Part shown: piece by piece, positions 43,901-59,164 of the stretch
Layout: every line of letters begins with the position of its first letter
How positions within the stretch are numbered: position 1 is the stretch's first letter
Assembly (NCBI RefSeq): GCF_009914755.1
Contig: NC_060940.1
Source of the DNA: the human T2T-CHM13v2.0 reference genome, Homo sapiens
Strand: one strand, 5' to 3'
DNA length: 64,000 bases
Made by a program: the position numbers and the translations under genes
Notes under the pieces: model-generated
The model's database searches: none
What the model was told of the DNA's origin: nothing
Seen by the model: only the letters and a program-made list of their open reading frames with translations

Positions 43901-46900
43901 TGATTCCATTCAATTCCATTCGATGATGATTCCGTATGAATCCATTCTCTGATTATTCCATTCGATTCCATTCATTGACGATTCCATTCAATTCCATTCA
44001 ATGATGATTCTCTTCTATTCCATTCGATGATTCCGGTCGATTCCATTCGATGATGATACCATTAGATTCCATTCGATTGTTGCATTCGATTCCCTTCGAT
44101 GATGATTCCTTTGAATTCCATTCGATTATCATTCCGTATGAATCCATTTGATGATTATTCCATTGGATTCCTTTCGATGATGATTCCATTCGAGTCCATT
44201 CGATGATTCTATTCGAATCCATTTGATGATTTCTTTTGATTATAGTTGTTGATGATTCCTTTGGAGTCCATTCCATGATTCCATTCGATTCCAATCGATG
44301 ATGATTCCATTAGTGTCCATTTAATGATTCCATTTGATTCCAGTCTCTGATGATTACATTCGAGTCCATACGATGATTCCACTCAATTCCATATGATGAT
44401 GATTCCATTCGATTCCATTCGATGATTCCATTCTATTCTATTCAATGGTGATTCCATTCGAGTACATTAGATGATTCCATTCGATTCCATTCAATGATGA
44501 TTCTATTTGTGTCCCTTACATGGTTCCACATGATTCCATTAGATGATGATACTATTTGAGCCCATCCAATGATTCCCTTCGATTCCATTCGATGAGGATT
44601 CCATTCGATTCAATTCATTGGTGATTCTATTCAATTCAATTCTTTGATTCCATTCCATTCCATTCGACAATGATTCCATTCGATTTCTTTCGATGATTCC
44701 ACTCGATTCCACTTGACATTGATTCCATTCGATTCCATTCAATGATTCCGTTTGATTCCAGTGGATGATGATTGCCATCGATTCCATTCGATCACTCCAT
44801 TCTATTCCATTTGATGATGATTACATTCGATTCCATTTGATGATTCCATCTGATTCTATTCGAGGATTCCATTTGATTCCATTCGATGATGATTCCATTT
44901 GAGTCCATTCGATGATTTCATTCGAGTACATCCAATGATTCCATTCGAGTCCATTTGATGATTCCATTTGATTCCATTTGATTATGATTCTACTAGAGTC
45001 CATTCAATGACTCCATTCGAATCCATTCAACAATTCCATTCGAGTCCATTCGAAGATTCCATTTCATGATTCCATTCGAGTCCATTTAATCATTACAGTC
45101 GAGTCCGTTTGGTGATTCCACTGGATTTCTTTTGATAATGATACCATTCCATTACATTTGATGATGATCCCATTCAATTTCATTTGATGATGATTCCATT
45201 AGAGTCCATTCAATGATTTCATTCGAGTCCCTTCATTGATTCCATACGATTTCATTGGATGATGACTCCATTCGAGTCCATTCGATGATTCCACTCGATT
45301 CCATTAGATGATTCCATTGGAGTCCATTTGATTGTTCCATTCGATTCCATTCGATTCCTTTCGAAGATTATTCCATTTGAGTCCATTCGATGATGTTTCC
45401 ATTCCATTCGATGATTCCGTTTGATTCCGTTCGATGATTCCCTTTGATTCCTTTCTTTGATGATTCCATTCCATTCCATTCAATGATTCCATTCGAATCT
45501 ATTCCATGATGATTCCTTTCGATTCCATTCGCTGATGTTTCCGTTCAATTCCATTCGATGATGATTCCATTCGATTCCATTCATTGAGGATTCCATTGGA
45601 TTCCATTCAATGATGATTCCATTCTATTCCATTCAATGATTGCATTCAATTCCATTCAATGATTATCCCCTTAGAGTAAACTCAACGATTCCATTCAATA
45701 CCATTCGATGATGATTCCTTTTGAGTCCATTCAATGATTTCATTCAAGTCCATTTGATGATTCCTTTCAATTCCATTCTATGATGATTCCATTCGAGTCC
45801 ATTCGATGATTCCATTCGATTGCATTCGACGATTCCCTTATATTCTATTCAACGATGATTCCATTCGAGTCCATTCGATGATTCCATTAGAGTACATTTA
45901 ATGATTGCTTTGTTTTCAATTCGAAGATGATTACATTGGATTCCATTCTTTGATACCATTCGATTCCATTCAATGATGATTCCACTCAAATCCATTGGAT
46001 GATTCCATTCGTGTCCATTCGGTGATTTCATTAGATTCCATTCGAGGATGATTCCATTCGATGATTCCATTCAATTCCATTCGATGATGATTCCATTCCA
46101 GTCCATATGATCATTCCATTTGATTTCATTCGATGATGATTCCATTCGATTCCATTCGACGATTCCATTCTATTCCATTCGAGGATGATTCCATTCGAGT
46201 CCATTCGATCATTCCATTCGAGTCCATTTAATGATTCCATTGGGTTCAATTCAATGATGATTACATTGGATTCCGTTCTATGATTCCATTCAATTCCGTT
46301 CATTGACAATTTGATTCCATTCGATGATGATTCCATTTGAGTTCATTCGATGATTCTATTCGATTCTCTTCGATGGTGATTCAATTCTATTATATTGGAT
46401 GATTCCATTCGATTCCATTTGATGTTGATTCAATTCGATTCTATTCGATGATGATTCCATTGGATTTCACTTGATGATTCTATTCGATTCCATTCAATGA
46501 TGATTCACTTCTCGTCCATTGGATGATTCCATTTCATTCCATTCGATGATGATTCCATTCGATTCCATTCGATGATTCCAATTGATTCCATGCGACGGTG
46601 AGCAATTCGATTCAATTCCATGATGATTCTATTTGATTCAATTAGATGATGTTTCCATTCGAATCCATTCCATGATTATTCCATTGGAATCCATTCGGCG
46701 ATGATTCCATATGAGTCAATTCAATGATGATTCCATATGGGTCCGTTCGATGATAATTCCATTTGATTTCATTCGATGCTTCTATTCAATTCCAGTTGAT
46801 GATGATTCCGTTGGAGTCCATACGATGATTCCATTTGATTTCATTTGATGATGATTCCATTCGATTCCATTCGATGATGATTACATTGGATTCCATTCTA

Positions 46901-47017
46901 TGATTCCATTCAATTCCATTCGTTGATGATTCGATTCCCTTGAATGATGATTCCACTTGAGTTCATTCAATGATTCTATTCGATTCCGTTCGATGGTGAT
47001 TCAATTCTCTTATATTG
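40993..47017 (+). repeat. Chimeric unit C + 5' half of A + 3' part of B (6025 bp)
   Basis: A markers at 43292-44172, then B marker GATTATAGTTG at ~44238. The ORF at 43998..44294 is a fusion of the A-type and B-type spurious ORFs. Confidence 0.9.
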
Positions 47018-50000
47018 GATGATTCCACTCGATTCCATTTGATGATTATTCCATTGGAGTCCACTTAGTGAATCCTTTAGATTCTACTCGAAGATGATTC
47101 CATTCGAGTCCATTCTTTGATACCATTCAATTCCATTCGTTGATGCTTCCATTCAAGTGCATTCGATGATATCATTCGATTCCATTTGATGATAATTCCA
47201 TTTGATTCCATGCGATGATTCTATTCGATTCCATTCAATGATAATTCCATTCACTTCAGTGGTTCCTCTGGACTCCATTTGATGATGATTCCATTCAATG
47301 ATTCCATTCGATTCTATTCCAAAATGATTCCATTTGAATCCATTTGATGATGATTCCATTAGATTCCATTTGATGATTCCATTCGATTCCATTCGACGAT
47401 GATTCCATTCGATTCCATTTGATGATTCCATTCTATTCTATTCGATGATGATTCCATTCGATTCCATTCGATGATGATTGGATTCGATTCCATTTGATGA
47501 CTTCATTTGATTCCATTCGTCAATGATTTCGATCAATTCCATTCGATGATTCCATTCGATTTCATTCGATAATGATTACATCCGAGTCCATTCGATGATT
47601 CCATTTGAGCCCGTTCGATAATTCCATTTGAGTCCAATCAATGATTCCATTCATTTCCATTCAATGATTCCATTCGAGTCCATTTGATCATTCCGGTAGG
47701 GTCCATTCGATGTTGATTCCATTGGAGTGCATTCGATGATTCCATTCGAGTCCATTTTAGGATTTGATTCGAGTCCTTTCGATGATTCCATTCGACTCCA
47801 CTCGATGATGATTTCATTCGAGTCCATTCGACACTTCCAATCGATTCCATTTGTTGTTTCCTTTCGAGTCCAATTGATGATTCCATTCAATTCCATTCGA
47901 TGATGATTCCGTACGGTTCCATTCTGTGATGATTCCATGTGATTGCATTCAATGATGATTACTTTCGATTGCATTCGATTATGATTCATTTCGTGTTCAT
48001 TCTATGGTTCCACAGGTTTCCATTCGTGTCCATTCCATTATTCCATTCTATTCCATTTGATGATGATTCCATTCGATTCCATTCATTGGTGATTCCACTC
48101 AATTCCATTCAATGATTCCATTCCATTTCTTTCAACAATGATTCCATTAGTTTCTAATAGATGATCCACTTGATTCCATTTGACGACGATTCCATTCTTG
48201 TCCATTCGATGATTCCATTTGATTCCATATGATGATGATTCCATTCGATTCCATACGATGATGATTCCATTCGAGTCCATTCAATGGTGATTCCATTCAA
48301 TTCCATTCGATGAATCCTTTCGATTCCATTCGATGATGATGGCATTCGATTCCTTTCAATCATTCCCTTTGATTCCATTCAAAGGTGATTTCATTCAAGT
48401 CCATTTGATAACTGCATTCGATTCCATTCTATGATGATTCCATTCGAGTCCATTTGATGATTCCATTCAATTCAAGTCAATGATGATTCCATTCGATTCC
48501 ATTCGATGATTCCATTGGATTCCATTCGATGATGATTCCATTCAAATCCATTCGATAATTCAATTCAAGTCCATTCGATGATGATTCCAATCGAATCCAT
48601 TCAAAGATTCCATTCAGTTCCATTCGATGATTCCCTTAGATTCCATTCGATGATTCCACTTGATTGCATTTACGATGATTCCATTCGATTCCATGTGATG
48701 ATTCCATTCAATTCTATTCAATGATGTCTCCATTTGATTCCATTCGACCATGATTGCCTTTGATTCCATTCAATGACTCCATTCGGTTCCTTTTGAGGAT
48801 GATTCCGTTCGATTCCATTTGATGATTCCATTTGATTCCATTGGATGAGTCCATTCCATTACATTCGATGATAGTTCCATTCGAGTGCATTAGATGATTC
48901 CATTCGAGTCCATTCGATGATTCCATTCGATTCCATTCGATGTTGATTCTGTTCAAATCCATTCGATGATTCCACTCGATTCCATTCGATGACTCCATTT
49001 GATCCCATTCGATGATTTCCTTTGATTCCCTTTGATGATCATTCCATTTGATTCAATTCGGTGATTTCATTTGATTCCATTCAGTGATGTTTCCATTCGA
49101 CTCCATTCGATGATGATTCCATTCGACTCCATTCGATTATGATTTCATTCAATTCCATTCGATAATGATTCCCTTCGAGTCCATTCGATGATTCCATTCG
49201 ATTCCATTCAACGATGATTTGATTCGTGTCCATTCGATGATTCCATTTGATTCCACTTGATGATGATTCCATTCGAGTCCATTTGATGATTCCATTCAAT
49301 TCCATACTCCGATGATTTCTTTTGAGCCCACTCAATGCTTCCACTCGATTCCATATGATGATGACTCCATTCGATGAAATTCGATGATGATTCCATTCGC
49401 TTGCTTTCGATGATGATTCCACTTGAGTCCGTTAGAAGATTCTATTCAATTACATTCCATGACGATTCCGTTCGAGTCCATTTGATGATTCCATTAGACT
49501 CCATTCGACGATGATTCCATTCGATGTTATTCGATGATTCCATTCGATCTCATTCGATGATGATTCCATTCAACTCCATTCGATGTTTCCATTCGAGTTC
49601 ATTCTATTATTCCATTAGATTCCATTCGATGATGATTCCATTCGATTCCATTTGATGATTGCATTCTATTTCATTTGATGATGATTCCATTCGAGTCTAC
49701 TCGATGATTCCATTCGAGTCCATTTAATGAATCCATTGGTTTCAATTCTATGATGATTACATTGGATTCCATTCGTTGATGATTTCATTCGGTTCCATTC
49801 AATGATGATTCTATTCAATTCCTTTCAATGTTTCCATTCAATTCCATACGATGATGATTCCATTTGATTTGTTTCGACAGTGAGCCATTCAATTCAATTC
49901 CATGATGATTCTATTTGATTCCATTCGTTGACATTTCCATTCGATTCCATTCGATGATGATTCCCTTTGATTCCATTCAAAGATGATTCCATTCTAGCCC

Positions 50001-53000
50001 ATTCAATCATTCCATTCGATTCTATTCAATGATGATTCCATTCATGTCGATTTGGTGATTCCATTTGACTTCATTTGATGATGATTCCTTTCAAGTTCAT
50101 TAGATGATTCCATTCGATTCCATTTTATGATGATCCCATTCGAGTCCATTCAGTGATTCCATTCGTTTCCATTCCATGATGATTCCATTCCATTCCATGC
50201 AATGATTCCATTCGATTCCGTTTGATGATGATTTCATTCGAGTCCATTTGATGATTCCATTTGATTCCATTCGATGATGATTCCATTCGAGTCCATTCGA
50301 TGATTCTATTCGAATCCATTTGTTGATATCTTTTGATTATAGTTGGTGATGATTCCATTGGAGTCCATTCAATGATTCCATTCGATTCCAATCGATGGTG
50401 ATTCCATTAGAGTCCATTTAATGATTCCATTTGATTCCAGTCTCTGATGATTACATTCGAGTCCATACGATGATTCCACTCAATTCCATATGATGATGAT
50501 TCCATTCGATTCCATTCGATGATTCCATTCTATTCTATTCAATGGTGATTCCATTCGATTCCATTCAATGATGATTCTATTTGTGTCCCTTAGATGATTC
50601 CACATGATTCCATTAGATGATGATACTATTTGAGCCCATCCAATGATTCCCTTCGATTCCATTCGATGAGGATTCCATTCGATTCAATTCATTGGTGATT
50701 CTATTCAATTCAATTCTTTGATTCCATTCCATTCCATTCGACAATGATTCCATTCGATTTCTTTCGATGATTCCACTCGATTCCACTTGACATTGATTCC
50801 ATTCGATTCCATTCAATGATTCCATTTGATTCCAGTGGATGATGATTGCCATCGATTCCATTCGATCACTCCATTCTATTCCATTTGATGATGATTACAT
50901 TCGATTCCATTTGATGATTCCATCTGATTCTATTCGAGGATTCCATTTGATTCCATTCGATGATGATTCCATTCGAGTCCATTCGATGATTTCATTCGAG
51001 TACATCCAATGATTCCATTCGAGTCCATTAGATGATTCCATTTGATTCCATTTGAAAATGATTCTACTAGAGTCCATTCAATGACTCCATTCGAGTCCAT
51101 TCAACAATTCCATTCGACTCCATTCGATGATTCCATTCGATTCCATTTGATGGTTCCATTCGAGTCCATTTAATCATTACAGTCGAGTCCATTTGGTGAT
51201 TCCACTGGATTTCTTTTGATAATGATACCATTCAATTACATTTGATGATGATCCCATTCAATTTCATTTGATGATGATTCCATTAGAGTCCATTCGATGA
51301 TTTCATTCGAGTCCCTTCATTGATTCCATCCGATTTCATTGGATGATGACTCCATTCGAGTCCATTCGATGATTCCACTCGATTCCATTAGATGACTCCA
51401 TTGGAGTCCATTTGATTGTTCCATTCGATTCCATTCGATTCCTTTCGAAGATTATTCCATTTGAGTCCATTCGATGATGATTCCATTCCATTCCATTCGA
51501 TGATTCCGTTTGATTCCATTCGATGATTCCCTTCGATTCCTTTCTTTGATGATTCCATTCCATTCCATTCAATGATTCCATTCGAATCTATTCCATGATG
51601 ATTCCTTTCGATTCCATTCGCTGATGTTTCCGTTCAATTCCATTCGATGATGATTCCATTCGATTCCATTCATTGAGGATTCCATTTGATTCCATTCAAT
51701 GATGATTCCATTCTATTCCATTCAATGATTGCATTCAATTCCATTCAATGATTATCCCATTAGAGTAAACTCAACGATTCCATTCAATACCATTCGATGA
51801 TGATTCCTTTTGAGTCCATTCAATGATTTCATTCAAGTCCATTTGATGATTCCTTTCAATTCCATTCTATGATGATTCCATTCGAGTCCATTCAATGATT
51901 CCATTAGATTGCATTCGATGATTCCGTTATATTCCATTCAACGGTGATTCCATTCGAGTCCATTCCATGATTCCATTAGAGTACATTTAATGATTGCTTT
52001 GTTTTCAATTCGAAGATGATTACATTGGATTCCATTCTATGATACCATTTGATTCCATTCAATGATGATTCCACTCAAATCCATTGGATGATTCCATTCG
52101 TGTCCATTCGGTGATTTCATTAGATTCCATTCGAGGATGATTCCATTCGATTCCATTCGATGATTCCATTCAATTCCATTCGATGATGATTCCATTCCAG
52201 TCCATATGATCATTCCATTTGATTTCATTCGATGATGATTCCATTCGATTCCATTCGATGATTCCATTCTATTCCATTCGATGATGATTCCATTCGAGTC
52301 CATTCGATGATTCCATTCGAGTCCATTTAATGATTCCATTGGGTTCAATTCAATGATGATTACATTGGATTCCGTTCTATGATTCCATTCAATTCCCTTC
52401 ATTGACAATTTGATTCCATTCGATGATGATTCCATTTGAGTTCATTCGATGATTCTATTCGATTCTCTTCGATGGTGATTCAATTCTATTATATTGGATG
52501 ATTCCATTCGATTCCATTTGATGTTGATTCAATTCGATTCTATTCGATGATGATTCCATTGGATTTCACTTGATGATTCTATTCGATTCCATTCAATGAT
52601 GATTCACTTCTCGTCCATTGGATGATTCCATTTCATTCCATTCGATGATGATTCCATTCGATTCCATTCGATGATTCCATTTGATTCCATGCGACGGTGA
52701 GCAATTCGATTCAATTCCATGATGATTCTATTTGATTCAATTAGATGATGTTTCCATTCGAATCCATTCCATGATTATTCCATTGGAATCCATTCGGCGA
52801 TGATTCCATATGAGTCAATTCAATGATGATTCCATATGGGTCCGTTCGATGATAATTCCATTTGATTTCATTCGATGCTTCTATTCTATTCCAGTCGATG
52901 ATGATTCCGTTGGAGTCCATACGATGATTCCATTTGATTACATTTGATGATGATTCCATTCGATGATGATTACATTGGATTCCATTCTATGATTCCATTC

Positions 53001-56000
53001 AATTCCATTCGTTGATGATTCGATTCCATTCAATGATGATTCCATTTGAGTTCATTCGATGATTCTATTCGATTCCGTTCGATGGTGATTCAATTCTATT
53101 ATATTGGATGATTCCACTCGATTCCATTTGATGATTATTCCATTGGAGTCCACTTAGTGAATCCTTTAGATTCTACTCGACGATGATTCCATTCGAGTCC
53201 ATTCGATGATACCATTCAATTCCATTCGTTGATGCTTCCATTCAAGTGCATTCGATGATATCATTCGATTCCATTTGATGATAATTCCATTTGATTCCAT
53301 GCGATGATTCTATTCGATTCCATTCAATGATAATTCCATTCAATTCAGTGATTCCTCTGGACTCCATTTGATGATGATTCCATTCAATGATTCCATTCGA
53401 TTCTATTCGAAAATGATTCCATTTGAATCCATTCGACGATGATTCCATTCGATTCCATTGGATGATTCCATTCTATTCTATTCGATGATGATTCCATTCG
53501 ATTCCATTCGATGATGATTGGATTCGATTCCATTTGATGATTTCATTTGATTCCATTCGTTAATGATTTCGATCAATTCCATTCAATGATTCCATTCGAT
53601 TCCATTCGATAATGATTACATCCGAGTCCATTCGATGATTCCCTTTGAGCCTGTTCGATAATTCCATTTGAGTCCAACCAATGATTCCATTCATTTCCAT
53701 TCAATGATTCCATTCGAGTCCATTTGATCATTCCGGTAGGGTCCATTCGATGTTGATTCCATTGGAGTGCATTCGATGATTCCATTCGAGTCCATTTTAG
53801 GATTTGATTCGAGTCCTTTCGATGATTCCATTCGATTCCACTCGATGATGATTTCATTCGAGTCCATTCGACACTTCCAATCGATTCCATTTGATGATTC
53901 CATTCGAGTCCAATTGATGATTCCATTCAATTCCATTCGATGATGATTCCGTACAATTCCATTCTGTGATGATTCCATGTGATTGCATTCAATGATGATT
54001 CCTTTCGATTGCATTCGATTATGATTCATTTCGTGTTCATTCTATGGTTCCACAGGTTTCCATTCATGTCCATTCCATTATTCCATTCTATTCCATTTGA
54101 TGATGATTCCATTCGATTCCATTCATTGGTGATTCCACTCAATTCCATTCAATGATTCCATTCCATTTCTTTCAACAATGATTCCATTAGTTTCTAATCG
54201 ATGATCCACTTGATTCCATTTGACGACGATTCCATTCTTGTCCATTTGATGATTCCATTTGATTCCATATGATGATGATTCCATTCGATTCCATACCATG
54301 ATGATTCCATTCGAGTCCATTCAATGGTGATTCCATTCAATTCCATTCGATGATTCCTTTTGATTCCATTCGATGATGATGGCATTCGATTCCTTTCAAT
54401 CATTCCCTTTGATTCCATTCAAAGGTGATTTCATTCAAGTCCATTCGATAATTGCATTCGATTCCATTCTATGATGATTCCATTCGAGTCCATTTGATGA
54501 TTCCATTCAATTCAAGTCAATGATGATTCCATTCGATTCCATTCGATGATTCCATTGGATTCCATTCGATGATGATTCCATTCAAATCCATTCGATAATT
54601 CAATTCAAGTCCATTCGATGATGATTCCAATCGAATCCATTCAAAGATTCCATTCAGTTCCATTCGATGATTCCCTTAGATTCCATTCGATGATTCCACT
54701 TGATTGCATTTATGATGATTCCATTCGATTCCATGTGATGATTCCATTCAATTCTATTCAATGATGTCTCCATTTGATTCCATTCGACCATGATTGCCTT
54801 TGATTCCATTCAATGATTCCATTCGGTTCCGTTTGATGATGATTCCGTTCGATTCCATTTGATGATTCCATTTGATTCCATTGGATGAGTCCATTCGATT
54901 ACATTCGATGATTATTCCATTCGAGTGCATTAGATGATTCCATTCGAGTCCATTCGATGATTCCATTCGATTCCATTCGATGTTGATTCTGTTCAAATCC
55001 ATTCGATGATTCCACTCGATTCCATTCGTTGACTCCATTTGATCCCATTCGATGATTTCCTTTGATTCCCTTTGATGATCATTCCATTTGATTCAATTCG
55101 GTGATTTCATTTGATTCCATTCAGTGATGTTTCCATTCGACTCCATTCGATGATGATTCCATTCGACTCCATTCGATTATGATTTCATTCAATTCCATTC
55201 GATAATGATTCCCTTCGAGTCCATTCGATGATTCCATTCGATTCCATTCAACGATGATTTGATTCGTGTCCATTCGATGATTCCATTTGATTCCACTTGA
55301 TGATGATTCCATTCGAGTCCATTTGATGATTCCATTCAATTCCATACTCCGATGATTTCTTTTGAGCCCACTCAATGCTTCCACTCGATTCCATATGATG
55401 ATGACTCCATTCGATGAAATTCGATGATGATTCCATTCGCTTGCTTTTGATGATGATTCCACTTGAGTCCGTTAGAAGATTCTATTCAATTACATTCCAT
55501 GACGATTCCGTTCGAGTCCATTTGATGATTCCATTAGACTCCATTCGACGATGATTCCATTCGATGTTATTCGATGATTCCATTTGATCTCATTCGATGA
55601 TGATTCCATTCAACTCCATTCGATGTTTCCATTCGAGTTCATTCTATTATTCCATTAGATTCCATTCGATGATGATTCCATTCGATTCCATTTGATGATT
55701 GCATTCTATTTCATTTGATGATGATTCCATTCGAGTCCACTCGATGATTCCATTCGAGTCCATTTAATGAATCCATTGGTTTCAATTCTATGATGATTAC
55801 ATTGGATTCCATTCGTTGATGATTTCATTCGGTTCCATTCAATGATGATTCCATTCAATTCCTTTCAATGTTTCCATTCAATTCCATACGATGATGATTC
55901 CATTTGATTTGATTCGACAGTGGGCCATTCGATTCAATTCCATGATGATTCTATTTGATTCAATTGGTTGACATTTCCATTCGATTCCATTCGATGATGA

Positions 56001-59000
56001 TTCCCTTTGATTCCGTTCAAAGATGATTCCATTCTAGCCCATTCAATCATTCCATTCGATTCTATTCAATGATGATTCCATTCATGTCGATTTGGTGATT
56101 CCATTTGACTTCATTTGATGATGATTCCTTTCAAGTTCATTAGATGATTCCATTCGATTCCATTTGATGATGATCCCATTCGAGTCCATTCAGTGATTCC
56201 ATTCGTTTCTATTCCATGATGATTCCATTCCTTTCCATTCAATGATTCCATTCGATTCCGTTTGATGATGATTTCATTCGAGTCCATTTGATGATTCCAT
56301 TTGATTCCATTCGATGATGATTCCATTCGAGTCCATTCGATGATTCTATTCGAATCCATTTGATGATTTCTTTTGATTATATTTGGTGATGATTCCATTG
56401 GAGTCCATTCAATGATTCCATTCGATTCCAATCGATGATGATTCCATTAGAGTCCATTTAATGATTCCATTTGATTCCAGTCTCTGATGATTACATTCGA
56501 GTCCATACGATGATTCCACTCAATTCCATATGATGATGATTCCATTTGATTCCATTCGGTGATTCCATTCTATTCTATTCAATGGTGATTCCATTCGAGT
56601 ACATTAGATGATTCCATTCGATTCCATTCAATGATGATTCTATTTGTGTCCCTTAGATGATTCCACATGATTCCATTACATGATGATACTATTTGAGCCC
56701 ATCCAATGATTCCCTTCGATTCCATTCGATGAGGATTCCATTCGATTCAATTCATTGGTGATTCTATTCAATTCAATTCTTTGATTCCATTCCATTCCAT
56801 TCGACAATGATTCCATTCGATTTCTTTCGATGATTCCACTCGATTCCACTTGACATTGATTCCATTCGATTCCATTCAATGATTCCATTTGATTCCAGTG
56901 GATGATGATTGCCATCGATTCCATTCGATCACTCCATTCTATTCCATTTGATGATGATTACATTCGATTCCATTTGACGATTCCATCTGATTCTATTCGA
57001 GGATTCCATTTGATTCCATTCGATGATGATTCCATTCGAGTCCATTCGATGATTTCATTCGAGTACATCCAATGATTCCATTCGAGTCCATTTGATGATT
57101 CCATTTGATTCCATTTGATAATGATTCTACTAGAGTCCATTCAATGACTCCATTGGAGTCCATTCAACAATTCCATTCGACTCCATTTGATGATTCCATT
57201 CGATTCCATTTGATGATTCCATTCGAGTCCATTTAATCATTACAGTCGAGTCCATTTGGTGATTCCACCGGATTTCTTTTGATAATGATACCATTCAATT
57301 ACATTTGATGATGATCCCATTCAATTTCATTTGATGATGATTCCATTAGAGTCCATTCGATGATTTCATTCGAGTCCCTTCACTGATTCCATCCGATTTC
57401 ATTGGATGATGACTCCATTCGAGTCCATTCGATGATTCCACTCGATTCCATTAGATGATTCCATTGGAGTCCATTTGATTGTTCCATTCGATTCCATTCG
57501 ATTCCTTTCGAAGATTATTCCATTTGAGTCCATTCGATGATGATTCCATTCCATTCCATTCGATGATTCCGTTTGATTCCATTCGATGATTCCCTTCGAT
57601 TCCTTTCTTTGATGATTCCATTCCATTCCATTCAATGATTCCATTCGAATCTATTCCATGATGATTCCTTTCGATTCCATTCGCTGATGTTTCCGTTCAA
57701 TTCCATTCGATGATGATTCCATTCGATTCCATTCATTGAGGATTCCATTTGATTCCATTCAATGATGATTCCGTTCTATTCCATTCAATGATTGCATTCA
57801 ATTCCATTCAATGATTATCCCATTAGAGTAAACTCAACGATTCCATTCAATACCATTCGATGATGATTCCTTTTGAGTCCATTCAATGATTTCATTCAAG
57901 TCCATTTGATGATTCCTTTCAATTCCATTCTATGATGATTGCATTCGAGTCCATTCGATGATTCCATTCGATTGCATTCGATTATTCCATTATATTCCAG
58001 TCAATGATGATTCCATTCGAGTCCATTCGATGATTCCATTAGAGTACATTTAATGATTGCTTTGTTTTCAATTCGAAGATGATTACATTGGATTCCATTC
58101 TATGATACCATTCGATTCCATTCAATGATGATTCCACTCAAATCCATTGGATGATTCCATTCGTGTCCATTCGGTGATTTCATTAGATTCCATTCGAGGA
58201 TGATTCCATTCGATTCCATTCGATGATTCCATTCAATTCCATTCGATGAAGATTCCATTCCATTCCATATGATCATTCCATTTGATTTCATTCGATGATG
58301 ATTCCATTCGATTCCATTCGATGATTCCATTCTATTCCATTCGATGATGATTCCATTGGAGTCCATTCGATGATTGCATTCGAGTCCATTTAATGATTCC
58401 ATTGGGTTCAATTCAATGATGATTACATTGGATTCCGTTCTATTATTCCATTCAATTCCGTTCATTGACAATTTGATTCCATTCGATGATGATTCCGTTT
58501 GAGTTCATTCGATGATTCTATTCGATTCTCTTCGATGGTGATTCAATTCTATTATATTGGATGATTCCATTCGATTTCATTTGATGTTGATTCAATTCGA
58601 TTCTATTCGATGATGATTCCATTGGATTTCACTTGATGATTCTATTCGATTCCATTCAATGATGATTCACTTCTCGTCCATTGGATGATTCCATTTCATT
58701 CCATTCGATGATGATTCCATTCGATTCCATTCGATGATTCCATTTGATTCCATGCGACGGTGAGCAACTCGATTCAATTCCATGATGATTCTATTTGATT
58801 CAATTAGATGATGTTTCCATTCGAATCCATTCCATGATTATTCCATTGGAATCCATTTGGTGATGATTCCATATGAGTCAATTCAATGATGATTCCATAT
58901 CGGTCCGTTCGATGATAATTCCATTTGATTTCATTCGATGCTTCTATTCCAGTCGATGATGATTCCGTTGGAGTCCATACGATGATTCCATTTGATTTCA

Positions 59001-59164
59001 TTTGATGATGATTCCATTCGATGATGATTACATTGGATTCCATTCTATGATTCCATTCAATTCCATTCGTTGATGATTCGATTCCATTCAATGATGATTC
59101 CATTTGAGTTCATTCGATGATTCTATTCGATTCCGTTCGGTGGTGATTCAATTCTCTTATATTG
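47018..59164 (+). repeat. Two near-canonical tandem C+B units (~6.1 kb each)
   Basis: Marker spacings of 6040 (6112 minus 23 bp at ~50555 and 49 bp at ~53430) and 6106 (6112 minus 5 bp at ~58948 and 1 bp at ~59236, the latter just past this interval). Confidence 0.92.

Noticed and set aside
43998-44294. Unique fusion ORF (similarly 31982, 37514, 58804, 61581)
   Set aside because: These are by-products of deletion or chimeric junctions in the satellite, not novel genes.
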